Shown one piece after another: positions 50,540 to 59,041 of a DNA stretch of 64,000 nucleotides. The position numbers and the translations under genes are program-made. A model generated the notes under the pieces. It saw only the letters and a list, made by a program, of their open reading frames with translations, made no database searches and had not been told where the DNA came from. Origin of the DNA: Burkholderiales bacterium. GTDB taxonomy: Bacteria > Pseudomonadota > Gammaproteobacteria > Burkholderiales > WYBJ01. The DNA is taken from assembly GCA_020848435.1 (NCBI GenBank), contig JADLAC010000037.1:2551-66550 (forward strand). The letters run 5' to 3'. How positions within the stretch are numbered: the stretch's first letter is position 1; each line of letters starts with the position of its first letter.

Positions 50540-51796
50540 TCACTGATCCGCGAGCGCCAGCAGCGCCGCGGTCAACACCCGCGCCCCCGCGGCGAGGTCC
50601 GCGGGCTTGGCATTCTCCGCTTCGTTGTGCGAGATGCCTTGCTCGCACGGCACGAAGATCATCCCGGTCGGGCACACGCGGGCCATGTACATGGCGTCGT
50701 GGCTCGCGCCTGAAGGCAGCCGCATATGCGATAAGCCGAGCGCCTGCGCGCAGCCTTCGATCTCGGCCACGACGCCGGCGTCGAAGACGCACGGATCGTC
50801 GTGCAGCGTGGGCGTGACCTTGAGCGTGCATTGGCGCACCGCGTCGCGGGCGAGGGGCTCGACGCTTCGTCCCAACCTGTCTATGGTCGCGGGGTCGGGA
50901 TGCCGTAGATCGACCGAGAACAAGACGTGGCTCGCGACCGAGTTGGGCGAGTTGGGCGTCACCAGCATCCGGCCGACGGTGAAACGCACGACATCGCTCG
51001 GGTCGCGCGCGAACCGGGCCAGTGTATCGATGATCGCGATCGCATCGCGCAGCGCGTCCTGGCGCAGCGCGAGCGGTGTCGTCCCGGCATGGTCCGTCTT
51101 GCCGAACACTTCCACGTTGAACCAGCGCAAGCCCTGGATGCCGGTGACGACGCCGATGGTCTTGCCTTGCTGCTCGAGCAGCGGCCCTTGCTCGATGTGT
51201 GCTTCGACATAGGCCGCGGCCGGCGCGTTGAAGTTATGCTCGCGCAGCTCCGGGGTCGCGGCCAAGGTGCGTGCGAGCGCCTCGCGCAGCACCGTGCCTT
51301 CGTTGTCCGTCACGTCGAGGAAGTCTTCCACCTTGCGCGCCCCGGTGTAGACCGACGAGCCCATGGTGCAGGGCTGGAATCGCCCGCCCTCCTCGTTGGT
51401 CCAGGCGACCAGCTCGATCGGCCGGCGAGTCACGACCCCCGCCTCGTCGATCGCCTCCAGCGCTTCCAGCCCGGCGAGCACGCCGTAGATGCCATCGAAG
51501 CGCCCGCCGCGCGGCTGGCTGTCCATGTGGCTTCCGGTCATGACCGGTGCTGCTGTCGGATCGAGACCGGCACGGCGCACGAACAAGTTGCCTATGGCAT
51601 CGACGCCGATCTCGAAGCGTTTCGCGCGGGCCCATTCGATCAACAGGCGCCGCGCCGCGATGTCCTCGTCCGACAGCGCGGGCCGATTCACGCCGTTGCC
51701 CGCGATCGCGCCGATGCGCGCCATCGCCATGTGCCGTTGCCACAGGCGCGCTTGGCTGACACGCTCGGCGGCCTCGCGATGAGCTTCGCGCATCAT
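50540..51796 (-). CDS. M20-family Zn amidohydrolase (allantoate amidohydrolase / N-carbamoyl-L-amino-acid / beta-ureidopropionase type)
   Basis: 418 aa from ATG 51796, which overlaps the upstream stop. ...VMTGSHMDSQPRGGRFDGIYGVLAGLEA...LVAWTNEEGGRF...VEAHIEQGPLLE...GASHDAMYM... Confidence 0.88.
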   Translation of the reverse strand: MMREAHREAAERVSQARLWQRHMAMARIGAIAGNGVNRPALSDEDIAARRLLIEWARAKRFEIGVDAIGNLFVRRAGLDPTAAPVMTGSHMDSQPRGGRFDGIYGVLAGLEALEAIDEAGVVTRRPIELVAWTNEEGGRFQPCTMGSSVYTGARKVEDFLDVTDNEGTVLREALARTLAATPELREHNFNAPAAAYVEAHIEQGPLLEQQGKTIGVVTGIQGLRWFNVEVFGKTDHAGTTPLALRQDALRDAIAIIDTLARFARDPSDVVRFTVGRMLVTPNSPNSVASHVLFSVDLRHPDPATIDRLGRSVEPLARDAVRQCTLKVTPTLHDDPCVFDAGVVAEIEGCAQALGLSHMRLPSGASHDAMYMARVCPTGMIFVPCEQGISHNEAENAKPADLAAGARVLTAALLALADQ

Positions 51797-52758
51797 TCGA
51801 TTCTCACGTTGGCCGCGCGCGCCACCTTGCCCCATTTCGCGACATCCTCGCGAATGCGATCGGCCAGCTCGTTCGGCCCCCCCGCCTGCACGAAGCCGCC
51901 CACCGCGAGCAGCCGCTCCCTCACCTCCTGGGTCGCGAGCACCTTCTGCACTTCGCCATCGAAGCGGGCGATGATCTCGCGCGGCGTACCGGCCGGCATG
52001 AGCATACCGAACCACGAATCGGCCTCGAAACCCTTCAGCGCCTCGCCGATCGCCGCGACCTCGGGCAGCGCGGGCGAACGCCGGCTCGATGCGACCCCGA
52101 GCGCGCGGATGCGACCGGACTTGATGTGCGGCAAGGACGACGGCACGCTGTCGAAGAAAAGCTGCACGTTGCCCGGGATGAGATCCGCCAGTCCAGGCGC
52201 GCTGCCCTTGTAGGGCACATGCAAGGCGGTAAAGCCGCCCATCATCTTGAGCAGCTCCTGCTCCAGGTGGGAAAGGGTGCCGTTGCCTTGCGAAGCGAAT
52301 GCCAGCTCGCCCGGCCTCGCCTTGCCCAATGCGATCAGCTGCGTCACGTTGTTCACCGGCAACGACGGGTGCGAGACGAGGATATGCGGCACGTTGCCCA
52401 CCAGCGTCACCGGCGCCAGATCGCGCTCCAGGTTGTAGCCGAGCTTCGCGTAGGTGCTCATGCCGATGGCGTTGGTGGTCGTCGCCGCCATGACCGCGGT
52501 ATAGCCGTCGGCGGGCGCCTTGGCGGCCAGCTCGAGGCCGAGGTTACCGCCTACACCCGGTCGATTGTCGACGATGATCTGCCTGCTCCAGGCTTCGCCG
52601 AGCTTCTGTCCGATGGTGCGCGTCAGCAGATCGGCCGCTCCGGCGGGCGGAAACGGCACGATCACGCGGATGGCTTTGGCCGGATACGGCTGCGCCGCGA
52701 CGCCGCTCGCACCGATCAGCGAGCCGAGCGCGACGAGATGGACGAGGCGTCGCTTCAT
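51793..52758 (-). CDS. Bug/TctC-family periplasmic solute-binding protein
   Basis: 321 aa from ATG 52758 (GGGAGAG upstream). MKRRLVHLVALGSLIGASGVAAQPYPAKAIRVIVPFPPAGAAD, DNRPGVGGN, ADGYTAVM, HVPYKG. Confidence 0.9.
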   Translation of the reverse strand: MKRRLVHLVALGSLIGASGVAAQPYPAKAIRVIVPFPPAGAADLLTRTIGQKLGEAWSRQIIVDNRPGVGGNLGLELAAKAPADGYTAVMAATTTNAIGMSTYAKLGYNLERDLAPVTLVGNVPHILVSHPSLPVNNVTQLIALGKARPGELAFASQGNGTLSHLEQELLKMMGGFTALHVPYKGSAPGLADLIPGNVQLFFDSVPSSLPHIKSGRIRALGVASSRRSPALPEVAAIGEALKGFEADSWFGMLMPAGTPREIIARFDGEVQKVLATQEVRERLLAVGGFVQAGGPNELADRIREDVAKWGKVARAANVRIE

Positions 52759-52783
52759 CGGTTCTCTCCCGCACGCAAGGCCA

Positions 52784-54010
52784 TCAGGGTCGCAGCAGCT
52801 CGGGCGCATGCCAGCGCACCGTCTGCTTGCCCGCTTTGAACACCGCGATCGGCCGCACGACCTCGGCGATCGCCTGCTCCGGAGTGTGCGCATCGAATAT
52901 GGCCACGTCGCCGGCGCATCCCGGCGCGAAGCCGTAATCGTTCAAGTTGAGAACGCGCGCGGAGCGCGTCGTGAGCATCTCGAAGCACTCCCGCAGATGC
53001 GCCGGCCGGTCGACTTGCAGCACGTTGGCATAGAGGTTCGCCATGCGGATGAGCGAGCAATCGCCGTAGGGGGTCGCGGGGTTGAGAATGTTGTTGGACG
53101 ACAGCGAGCAATTCACGCCGTAATGGATCAACGCATTGGCGTCTGCTACGCCGCGGCGGACGTTGTGGTCCTGGTCGCGTCCCATGAGAAAGAGATCGGT
53201 CGCCGGCAGCACCGTGACCGCGATGCCGGCATCGGCGAGCCCTCGCGCGATGGCGGCGAGATCGCCCGGGGGCAGCAGCGACAGCTTCGCCATGTGTCCC
53301 ACCACGACCCGTCCGCCGCGGCCGTATCTTTCGGTCAGCTCGCGCACGCGGTGCACGTCCATCGACGCGGCGCTCGGACCCACGTCGAGATGGACGTCGA
53401 TATCGACATCGAATTCGCGCGCCAGCTCGAAGATGCGCTCGATCTGAGCGCGCGCATCGGTATCATAACGGGGCGCACCGCCGATCAGCTTCGCGCCGCG
53501 CTTGAGCGCTGCCACCAGCAGCTCGTCGGTACCGGGATAGTTGGTGAGGCCCTCCTGCGGAAACACGCAGATTTCGATGTCGATCGCCCACTTGTATTCT
53601 TCGATCAGGGATTGCACGGCGTCGAATCCGCGCATGCCGATGCCCGGATCGACTTCCACCTGGGTGCGCATGCGGGTCGTGCCGTGCACGATGCACGCGT
53701 TCAGCGTGCGAGCCGCGCGTTCGCGCACATCTTCTACGCTCATGCTCGGCTTCAACGGAGCGACGCCCACCACGGGGCTCAACTTGCTGCGTTCCTGCGG
53801 CGCGCAGCGATCGATGATGCGCGACTTGTCGATGTGGATGTGCGATTCGATCAATCCGGGACAGGCGAGGCGCTCCTGCGCATCGAAGTCGCGCACGGCT
53901 TCGCCCAGGTTGCGGCCGACGGCGACGATGCGTCCGCCGTGGATGCCGATGTCGAGCAGCTCGTCGCTGTCGCGGTCGGACAGGCGAGCGTTGCGGATGA
54001 TGAGGTCCAT
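52784..54010 (-). CDS. Amidohydrolase, cytosine-deaminase (CodA/AtzC)-like
   Basis: 408 aa from ATG 54010. MDLIIRNARL...CPGLIESHIHIDKS (HxH)...VDIDVHLDV...VVGHMAKL...LSSNNILNP... fits the CodA-type metal amidohydrolase pattern. Confidence 0.82.
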   Translation of the reverse strand: MDLIIRNARLSDRDSDELLDIGIHGGRIVAVGRNLGEAVRDFDAQERLACPGLIESHIHIDKSRIIDRCAPQERSKLSPVVGVAPLKPSMSVEDVRERAARTLNACIVHGTTRMRTQVEVDPGIGMRGFDAVQSLIEEYKWAIDIEICVFPQEGLTNYPGTDELLVAALKRGAKLIGGAPRYDTDARAQIERIFELAREFDVDIDVHLDVGPSAASMDVHRVRELTERYGRGGRVVVGHMAKLSLLPPGDLAAIARGLADAGIAVTVLPATDLFLMGRDQDHNVRRGVADANALIHYGVNCSLSSNNILNPATPYGDCSLIRMANLYANVLQVDRPAHLRECFEMLTTRSARVLNLNDYGFAPGCAGDVAIFDAHTPEQAIAEVVRPIAVFKAGKQTVRWHAPELLRP

Positions 54011-54128
54011 CGATCGCGGCTCCCTTGCGTCGTATTGGATGATGCAGGATACCAGCGCGGTCGCTAGCGCGGGCGCTGGACACCACCGTGCATCGGTTCG
54101 CCTGCCGTCAGCACGGGTTCGATCAGGC

Positions 54129-55091
54129 TCAGAGCGGCTTGATGGCCGCCCGCTCGACGACGCTTTCCCACTTCGCACGCTCGGAGCGAATATGCGCGCC
54201 GAACTGTTCCGGGGTGGAGCCGATCGGTTCGATACCATCGCGCAGGAAGCGTTCCTTCATGTCGCTCGTCTGCAGCGCGCGTGCAACCTGTTCCTGAATG
54301 CGTTGGATGACATCGCGCGGTGTCGCCGCCGGGGCCGCGATGCCGTTCCACGATACCGATTCGTAGCCCGCTATCCCCGCCTCGGCGACCGAGGGCAGAT
54401 CCGGCACCGAGGCGAAGCGCTTCGCGCTGGTCACGGCCAGCGCGCGCAGCTTGCCGGTCTGCACCTGCGGCAGCGAGCTCGTGATCTGGTCGAAGGCCAC
54501 CCCGACCTGGCCGCTGATGAGATCGGCCATCGCCTGGCCGCTGCCCTTGTACGGAATGTGCACCATGTCGATACCGGCCATGAGGCGAAAGAGCTCGGAA
54601 GTCATGTGGGTCGCGCTGCCGACACCGGAGGATGCGTACGAAAGCTGGCCCGGCTTGGCTTTGGCGATGGCGACCAGTTGCTTGACCGATCTGGCCGGCA
54701 GCGACGGATGCACGATCAGGATGAGCGGCAGCGCGCCGATCTGAGTCACCGGCGCGAAGTCCTTGAGCGCGTCGTAGGGCAGCGTCCGGTACAGCTTGTG
54801 GTTGATCGCCATGACGCCGGTGGTCGCGAGCAGCAGGGTATACCCGTCCGGCGGCGACTTCGCGACCGCCTCGGCACCGATGTTGCCGCCCGCGCCGGCG
54901 CGATTGTCGACGATCACCTGCTGGCGCCAGGCATCGGTCAGCTTCTGCGCCAGGATACGGGCAGTGACATCCGTCGATCCCCCGGGTGAGAACGGCACGA
55001 CGATGCGCACCGGCTTCGCGGGATAGGACTGCGCCCACGATCCCGCGGCGAGCAACGACAGCGACAACGAGCAGACGAGGCGAGACGACAC
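54129..55091 (-). CDS. Bug/TctC-family periplasmic solute-binding protein
   Basis: 320 aa from GTG 55091 (AAGGA 8 nt upstream). (M)SSRLVCSLSLSLLAAGSWAQSYPAKPVRIVVPFSPGGSTD, DNRAGAGGN, PDGYTLLL, HIPYKG. Longer ATG starts at 55148 and 55199 are possible but give no better signal peptide. Confidence 0.88.
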   Translation of the reverse strand: MSSRLVCSLSLSLLAAGSWAQSYPAKPVRIVVPFSPGGSTDVTARILAQKLTDAWRQQVIVDNRAGAGGNIGAEAVAKSPPDGYTLLLATTGVMAINHKLYRTLPYDALKDFAPVTQIGALPLILIVHPSLPARSVKQLVAIAKAKPGQLSYASSGVGSATHMTSELFRLMAGIDMVHIPYKGSGQAMADLISGQVGVAFDQITSSLPQVQTGKLRALAVTSAKRFASVPDLPSVAEAGIAGYESVSWNGIAAPAATPRDVIQRIQEQVARALQTSDMKERFLRDGIEPIGSTPEQFGAHIRSERAKWESVVERAAIKPL

Positions 55092-55207
55092 GGCGCGATT
55101 CCTTCTTCCGGGTTTGCGATCGGCGCCGCAGCGGCATTCCGGCGCCATAGGCGAGACTCGTTCAATCCGCATGATCCGACGCGCTGTGCGAGGCGTCAAT
55201 ACGAGCG

Positions 55208-55240
55208 GGACCAGGTTCGGACCCGGGTCGGACCGAGGTC
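55208..55240. repeat. Three tandem 11-bp units GGACCNGGKTC
   Basis: GGACCAGGTTC GGACCCGGGTC GGACCGAGGTC, located in the divergent intergenic region between the Bug gene (start 55091) and the gene starting at 55467. Confidence 0.8.
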
Positions 55241-55466
55241 AGCGTCCCGCAGTGCGGAGTCGAAAATGGCGGCGTCTTACGATCGGTAGGCGTCCATCCG
55301 CAACCGTGCTCGCACTGCTCGACCCTCTGCGTGCCCACGGCGCGTCGCAGTAGCTTTCGCTCGCCGCCCGGAGGTCTACGCCAAGCCGGTTGCGCCGCCA
55401 TCCTGCCGCGGGTAATGTGGCTCCTCTCAATCCAACGCGCCGCGCGCAACCGAGGAGGCTTCGAGC

Positions 55467-57347
55467 ATGGTTATCGACCTTACGATCAGCCACCGCGCGC
55501 CGGTACTCGACGGCACGGCGTTCGGCGCCGCCGGCGCGTATGAAAAGCTCGCCGGCGCGATGCGCTTCGCGGTCGACCCGCTCGATGCACTGCACCAGCG
55601 CATCACGGATATCGAGCACGCGCCGCGCAATGCGCGCGGGCAAGTGGAATTCTCGGCCGACTTCTACCTGTTGAAACCGGCCGACATGACGCGCGGCAAC
55701 GGCCGGCTGCTGCTCGATTGCGTGAATCGAGGCCGCAAGGTCGCGCTCGGCATGCTCAACAGCGCGCCGCGCGTGCCCGATCCATCGACCGCGGCCGACT
55801 TCGGCAACGGCTTCCTGATGCGCCACGGCTACACGCTGGCGTGGATCGGCTGGCAGATCGACGTGCCGCGCCGCGACGGCCTGATGGCGCTCGATGCCCC
55901 GCGCGCGCAAGGCGTGGTCGGATTCCTGCGCTGCGAGATGCGCCCCAACCAGCGGGTGCAGCGCCTGCCGCTCGCCGATCGCTATCACATTCCCAACCCG
56001 AGCGTCGACCTGGACGATCCCGCGGCGCGCCTCTTCGTCAAGGAGCACGGCGGCGCGGCGGCCGTCGAAGTGCCGCGCGGCGCGTGGCGCTTCCCGGACC
56101 CAAGCCACATCGAGCTCAAGGACGGTTTCACGCCAGGGATGATCTACGACGTGATCTATCGCTCGGCGAATCCGCCGATCGTCGGCCTGGGCTTTCTTGC
56201 CGTGCGCGACTGCGCGGCCTACCTGCGCTGGGACGAGGGCGCGAATCCTTGCCGCGGCGGCATCGAGCGGGCGTATGCCCTGGGCGTATCGCAGACGGGA
56301 CGGTTCCTGCGGCAGATGCTCCATCTGGGCCTGGACCAGGACGAGCAGCAGCGCGCGGTGTTTGACGGCGTCATTCCCCACATCGCGGGCGGCCGGCGCG
56401 GCGAATTCAACTTGCGTTTCGGCCAGCCGTCGCTGAATGCGAAGGAAGCAGTCGGCGACCTACCGCCATTCACCGCCGGCGAGCTGTTCGCGCGCCTGGC
56501 GCGACGTCCTCGCCCGCCGCGCATCTTCCTCATCAATTCGTCCGCGGAGTACTGGCGCGGCGACGCCTCCCTGATCCATACCGATGTCGACGGCGCGTGC
56601 GATGTCGAGCCGCCGCCGTTCGTGCGTATCTACGCCATGGCAGGAACCCAGCATACGCCGGGCACTTTGCCGCCGCTCGATGCCGATCCCAATACCGGCG
56701 ATCGCGGCTTGCGGCCCTTCAACGTGGTCGACTATGCGCCGCTCATGCGCGCGGCATTGGTGAACCTCGATCGCTGGGTGAGCGAAGACGTGGCGCCGCC
56801 CGCGAGCGCTTATCCTCGCCTGGCCGACGGTTCGGCGATCGCCGCCGAAGCGACCGCCGATTTCTTCCGTACCTTGCCCGGCGTGCGCTTCCCCGATCGC
56901 GTCATTCGTCCGCTACGGCTCGACTTCGGGCCCGACATCGATCGCGGCATCGCGCGCTATCCGGCCGCGCTCGGTGCGCCCTACCGCACCTACGTCTCGA
57001 AGCTCGACCCGGACGGCAACGAGATCGCAGGCATCCGTCCGCCCGAGCTGCTGGTCCCGCTCGCGACCTATTGCGGCTGGAACCCGCGCCATCCCGATCA
57101 CGGCGCGCCGGGCGATCTCATGCAGATGATGGGCTCGACGCTCGCGTTCGCGCCGACCCGACTCGCGCGGGAACGCAACGCCGATCCGCGAGCGTCGATC
57201 GAGGAGCGCCACGGCTCGCGCGACGCCTACCTCGCGCGCGTGCGGGACGCGGCCGTAACCCTGGTCGCCACGCGCCATGTGCTCGCGGAAGACGTGGATG
57301 CGATCGTCGAGCGCGCCTCTCGACTGTGGGACTATCTGCACCCTTGA
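55467..57347 (+). CDS. Uncharacterised 626-aa protein, probably of the 'alpha/beta hydrolase domain-containing' family of unknown function
   Basis: ATG 55467 follows GAGGAGG. ...FGAAGAYEKLAGAMRFAVDP...GQVEFSADFYLLKPADMTRGNGRLLLDCVNRGRK..., ...YALGVSQTGRFLR... (a Ser in an elbow-like context) and a C-terminal ...ARERNADPRASIEERHGSRDAYLARVRDAAVTLVATRHVLAEDVD... I recall this pattern from uncharacterised actinobacterial and proteobacterial proteins. The family assignment is from memory only. Confidence 0.6.
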   Translation: MVIDLTISHRAPVLDGTAFGAAGAYEKLAGAMRFAVDPLDALHQRITDIEHAPRNARGQVEFSADFYLLKPADMTRGNGRLLLDCVNRGRKVALGMLNSAPRVPDPSTAADFGNGFLMRHGYTLAWIGWQIDVPRRDGLMALDAPRAQGVVGFLRCEMRPNQRVQRLPLADRYHIPNPSVDLDDPAARLFVKEHGGAAAVEVPRGAWRFPDPSHIELKDGFTPGMIYDVIYRSANPPIVGLGFLAVRDCAAYLRWDEGANPCRGGIERAYALGVSQTGRFLRQMLHLGLDQDEQQRAVFDGVIPHIAGGRRGEFNLRFGQPSLNAKEAVGDLPPFTAGELFARLARRPRPPRIFLINSSAEYWRGDASLIHTDVDGACDVEPPPFVRIYAMAGTQHTPGTLPPLDADPNTGDRGLRPFNVVDYAPLMRAALVNLDRWVSEDVAPPASAYPRLADGSAIAAEATADFFRTLPGVRFPDRVIRPLRLDFGPDIDRGIARYPAALGAPYRTYVSKLDPDGNEIAGIRPPELLVPLATYCGWNPRHPDHGAPGDLMQMMGSTLAFAPTRLARERNADPRASIEERHGSRDAYLARVRDAAVTLVATRHVLAEDVDAIVERASRLWDYLHP

Positions 57348-57357
57348 CGTGACGGCG

Positions 57358-58248
57358 TCAGGGGTTGCCGACGAAGCCGATATACGCGCCGCCCGCCAGC
57401 TCCGGGGGCGCCAGCATCGCCTGCTCGCCGGTATTGCGCACCCCGCGCGGTAATGGCGGTAAGCCGTGGTCGTGCATCCAGCGTGCGGCGGCTTGCATGC
57501 TCGCAGTGCGATACAGCGCCTGGAACGGACCCGGGCCGCGGCGCTCCAGCGCTTCGGACGCCGGCCCGGGCGCATACGGCTGCGCGATGCCGAGACCCGT
57601 CGGCCCGATCTGGAATACGGCCATGTCGGACATGATGACCGTCCCCTTCTGCAGCGGCGGCTGCGGCATGCCGAGGACGCGGGCATAGAGCGCGGCAGCG
57701 GATGGCGCATCGGATGTGACGATGTAAGCGCGCTCCAAGCCCTGGACGCCATTCGGATGCTGGCCGCCGCCGGGCACTTGGGCGCGGCGCAGCTCGACCG
57801 GCGTGAGATGCTGGATGAAAAGAAGCGGCAACGGATTGGCCGCACCGAGCAGCGCCACCTTCCAGCGCAGCTCCAGGCCGGCCGGCGTGCGGCGCGCGCC
57901 GTCCGCGACCTCGCTGACATCGACGCCACGCGCGCGCATCGCTGCCACGTCGCCCTCGAGAGCATCGCTCTGCACGATGATGTAGCGGATGCCGCCGCCC
58001 GCACCGATGAAGCGCGCCAGGCCGCCGTCATGGCTGCGCGACGATTGACCGGCACGCTCGCATTCGTCGCGATCGCGAATGGCGAGCAGCTCGACGTAAT
58101 CGTCCTGGTTGAATGCAATCGCATTGTGGGTGCCTTTGCCGGGATGGCTGCCGCCGTGATGGATGTTGAAGCCGAGGTCTTGGTACTGCGCGATTGCCTG
58201 CTCGAGATCGGGCACGCAAATCATGACGTGATCGATGCGGGTAAACAT
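57358..58248 (-). CDS. VOC (glyoxalase/bleomycin-resistance/dioxygenase) family protein, two-domain
   Basis: 296 aa, RBS AGGAGAG. MFTRIDHVMICVPDLEQAIAQYQDLGFNIHHGGSHPGKGTHNAIAFNQDDYVELLAI...; the second repeat is ...LERAYIVTSDAPSAAALYARVLGM... Confidence 0.8.
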   Translation of the reverse strand: MFTRIDHVMICVPDLEQAIAQYQDLGFNIHHGGSHPGKGTHNAIAFNQDDYVELLAIRDRDECERAGQSSRSHDGGLARFIGAGGGIRYIIVQSDALEGDVAAMRARGVDVSEVADGARRTPAGLELRWKVALLGAANPLPLLFIQHLTPVELRRAQVPGGGQHPNGVQGLERAYIVTSDAPSAAALYARVLGMPQPPLQKGTVIMSDMAVFQIGPTGLGIAQPYAPGPASEALERRGPGPFQALYRTASMQAAARWMHDHGLPPLPRGVRNTGEQAMLAPPELAGGAYIGFVGNP

Positions 58249-58278
58249 GGCTGCGCTCTCCTATGGATGCGGCATCCG

Positions 58279-58944
58279 CTATGGGCACGAAATCGCGCCG
58301 GTGGCTGTTTGCCTGCGCTCGTAGCGCACGCACGACGTGTGCAGGCAATCGCGCAAGCTGGATCGAAACCGGCCGGCCCAGTAATCCTCCGTTGCCCGCC
58401 GCCACGCGAGCGTGCGCGTGACGCCCGGCTCGTCCAGGTGGTAGGTCACGACGTATTTGTGCGTGCTCTGCGTCGCCCGGAACAAGCGCGCGCACTGCAC
58501 ACCCGCGACGGCGGACACCGATGGCAAATGATGGCGTTCGCATGAGCGGGCGAATTCTTCCTCGGCCTCAGCGGCTACGTTGGCCGCCAGCACCATGAGC
58601 GCACGCGCGCGCTCGGGCGCGAGCCGATAGCCGGGAGCCAACTGCTCGCCTTCGAAGCGAAGCCGCTTGATGCAACGCCAGCCGACGCGGCGGGTCCACG
58701 CGGAGTTGTTGTCGTAGCCGATGGCGAGATACGCCGGCGTACGTAACACGTCGACCGATGCCAGCTCGTAGGCCGTCAGCGAAACCTTGCGTTGATCCAC
58801 GGCGAGCCAGCGGCGGCATTGGAGAAATCCCGGCACGCGCCGCCGTTCCGGGATGTGCTCGGTATCGTACCAATCGTGGAACTCGTCCTCCGCGACCGGC
58901 GAGAAGTCGAAGGACGAGATCAGGATACCCATGGGTTGGGTCAT
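58279..58944 (-). CDS. Hypothetical protein, possibly tandem dimeric alpha/beta-barrel (EthD/DUF4286-like) domains
   Basis: 221 aa from ATG 58944. ...FSPVAEDEFHDWYDTEHIPERRRVPGFLQCRRW... recurs loosely as ...VAAEAEEEFARSCERHHLPSVSAVAGVQCARLF... It lies 30 nt upstream of the VOC gene. The family call is tentative. Confidence 0.55.
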   Translation of the reverse strand: MTQPMGILISSFDFSPVAEDEFHDWYDTEHIPERRRVPGFLQCRRWLAVDQRKVSLTAYELASVDVLRTPAYLAIGYDNNSAWTRRVGWRCIKRLRFEGEQLAPGYRLAPERARALMVLAANVAAEAEEEFARSCERHHLPSVSAVAGVQCARLFRATQSTHKYVVTYHLDEPGVTRTLAWRRATEDYWAGRFRSSLRDCLHTSCVRYERRQTATGAISCP

Positions 58945-59041
58945 GCGAGCGATGGGTCGAACCGCCGCCGCGGCATCGTGCCGCAGCGCACACGCGACGC
59001 GATATGATCCGGCGGTCGAGGTCCTCTCCTTTCCGCCGCCA

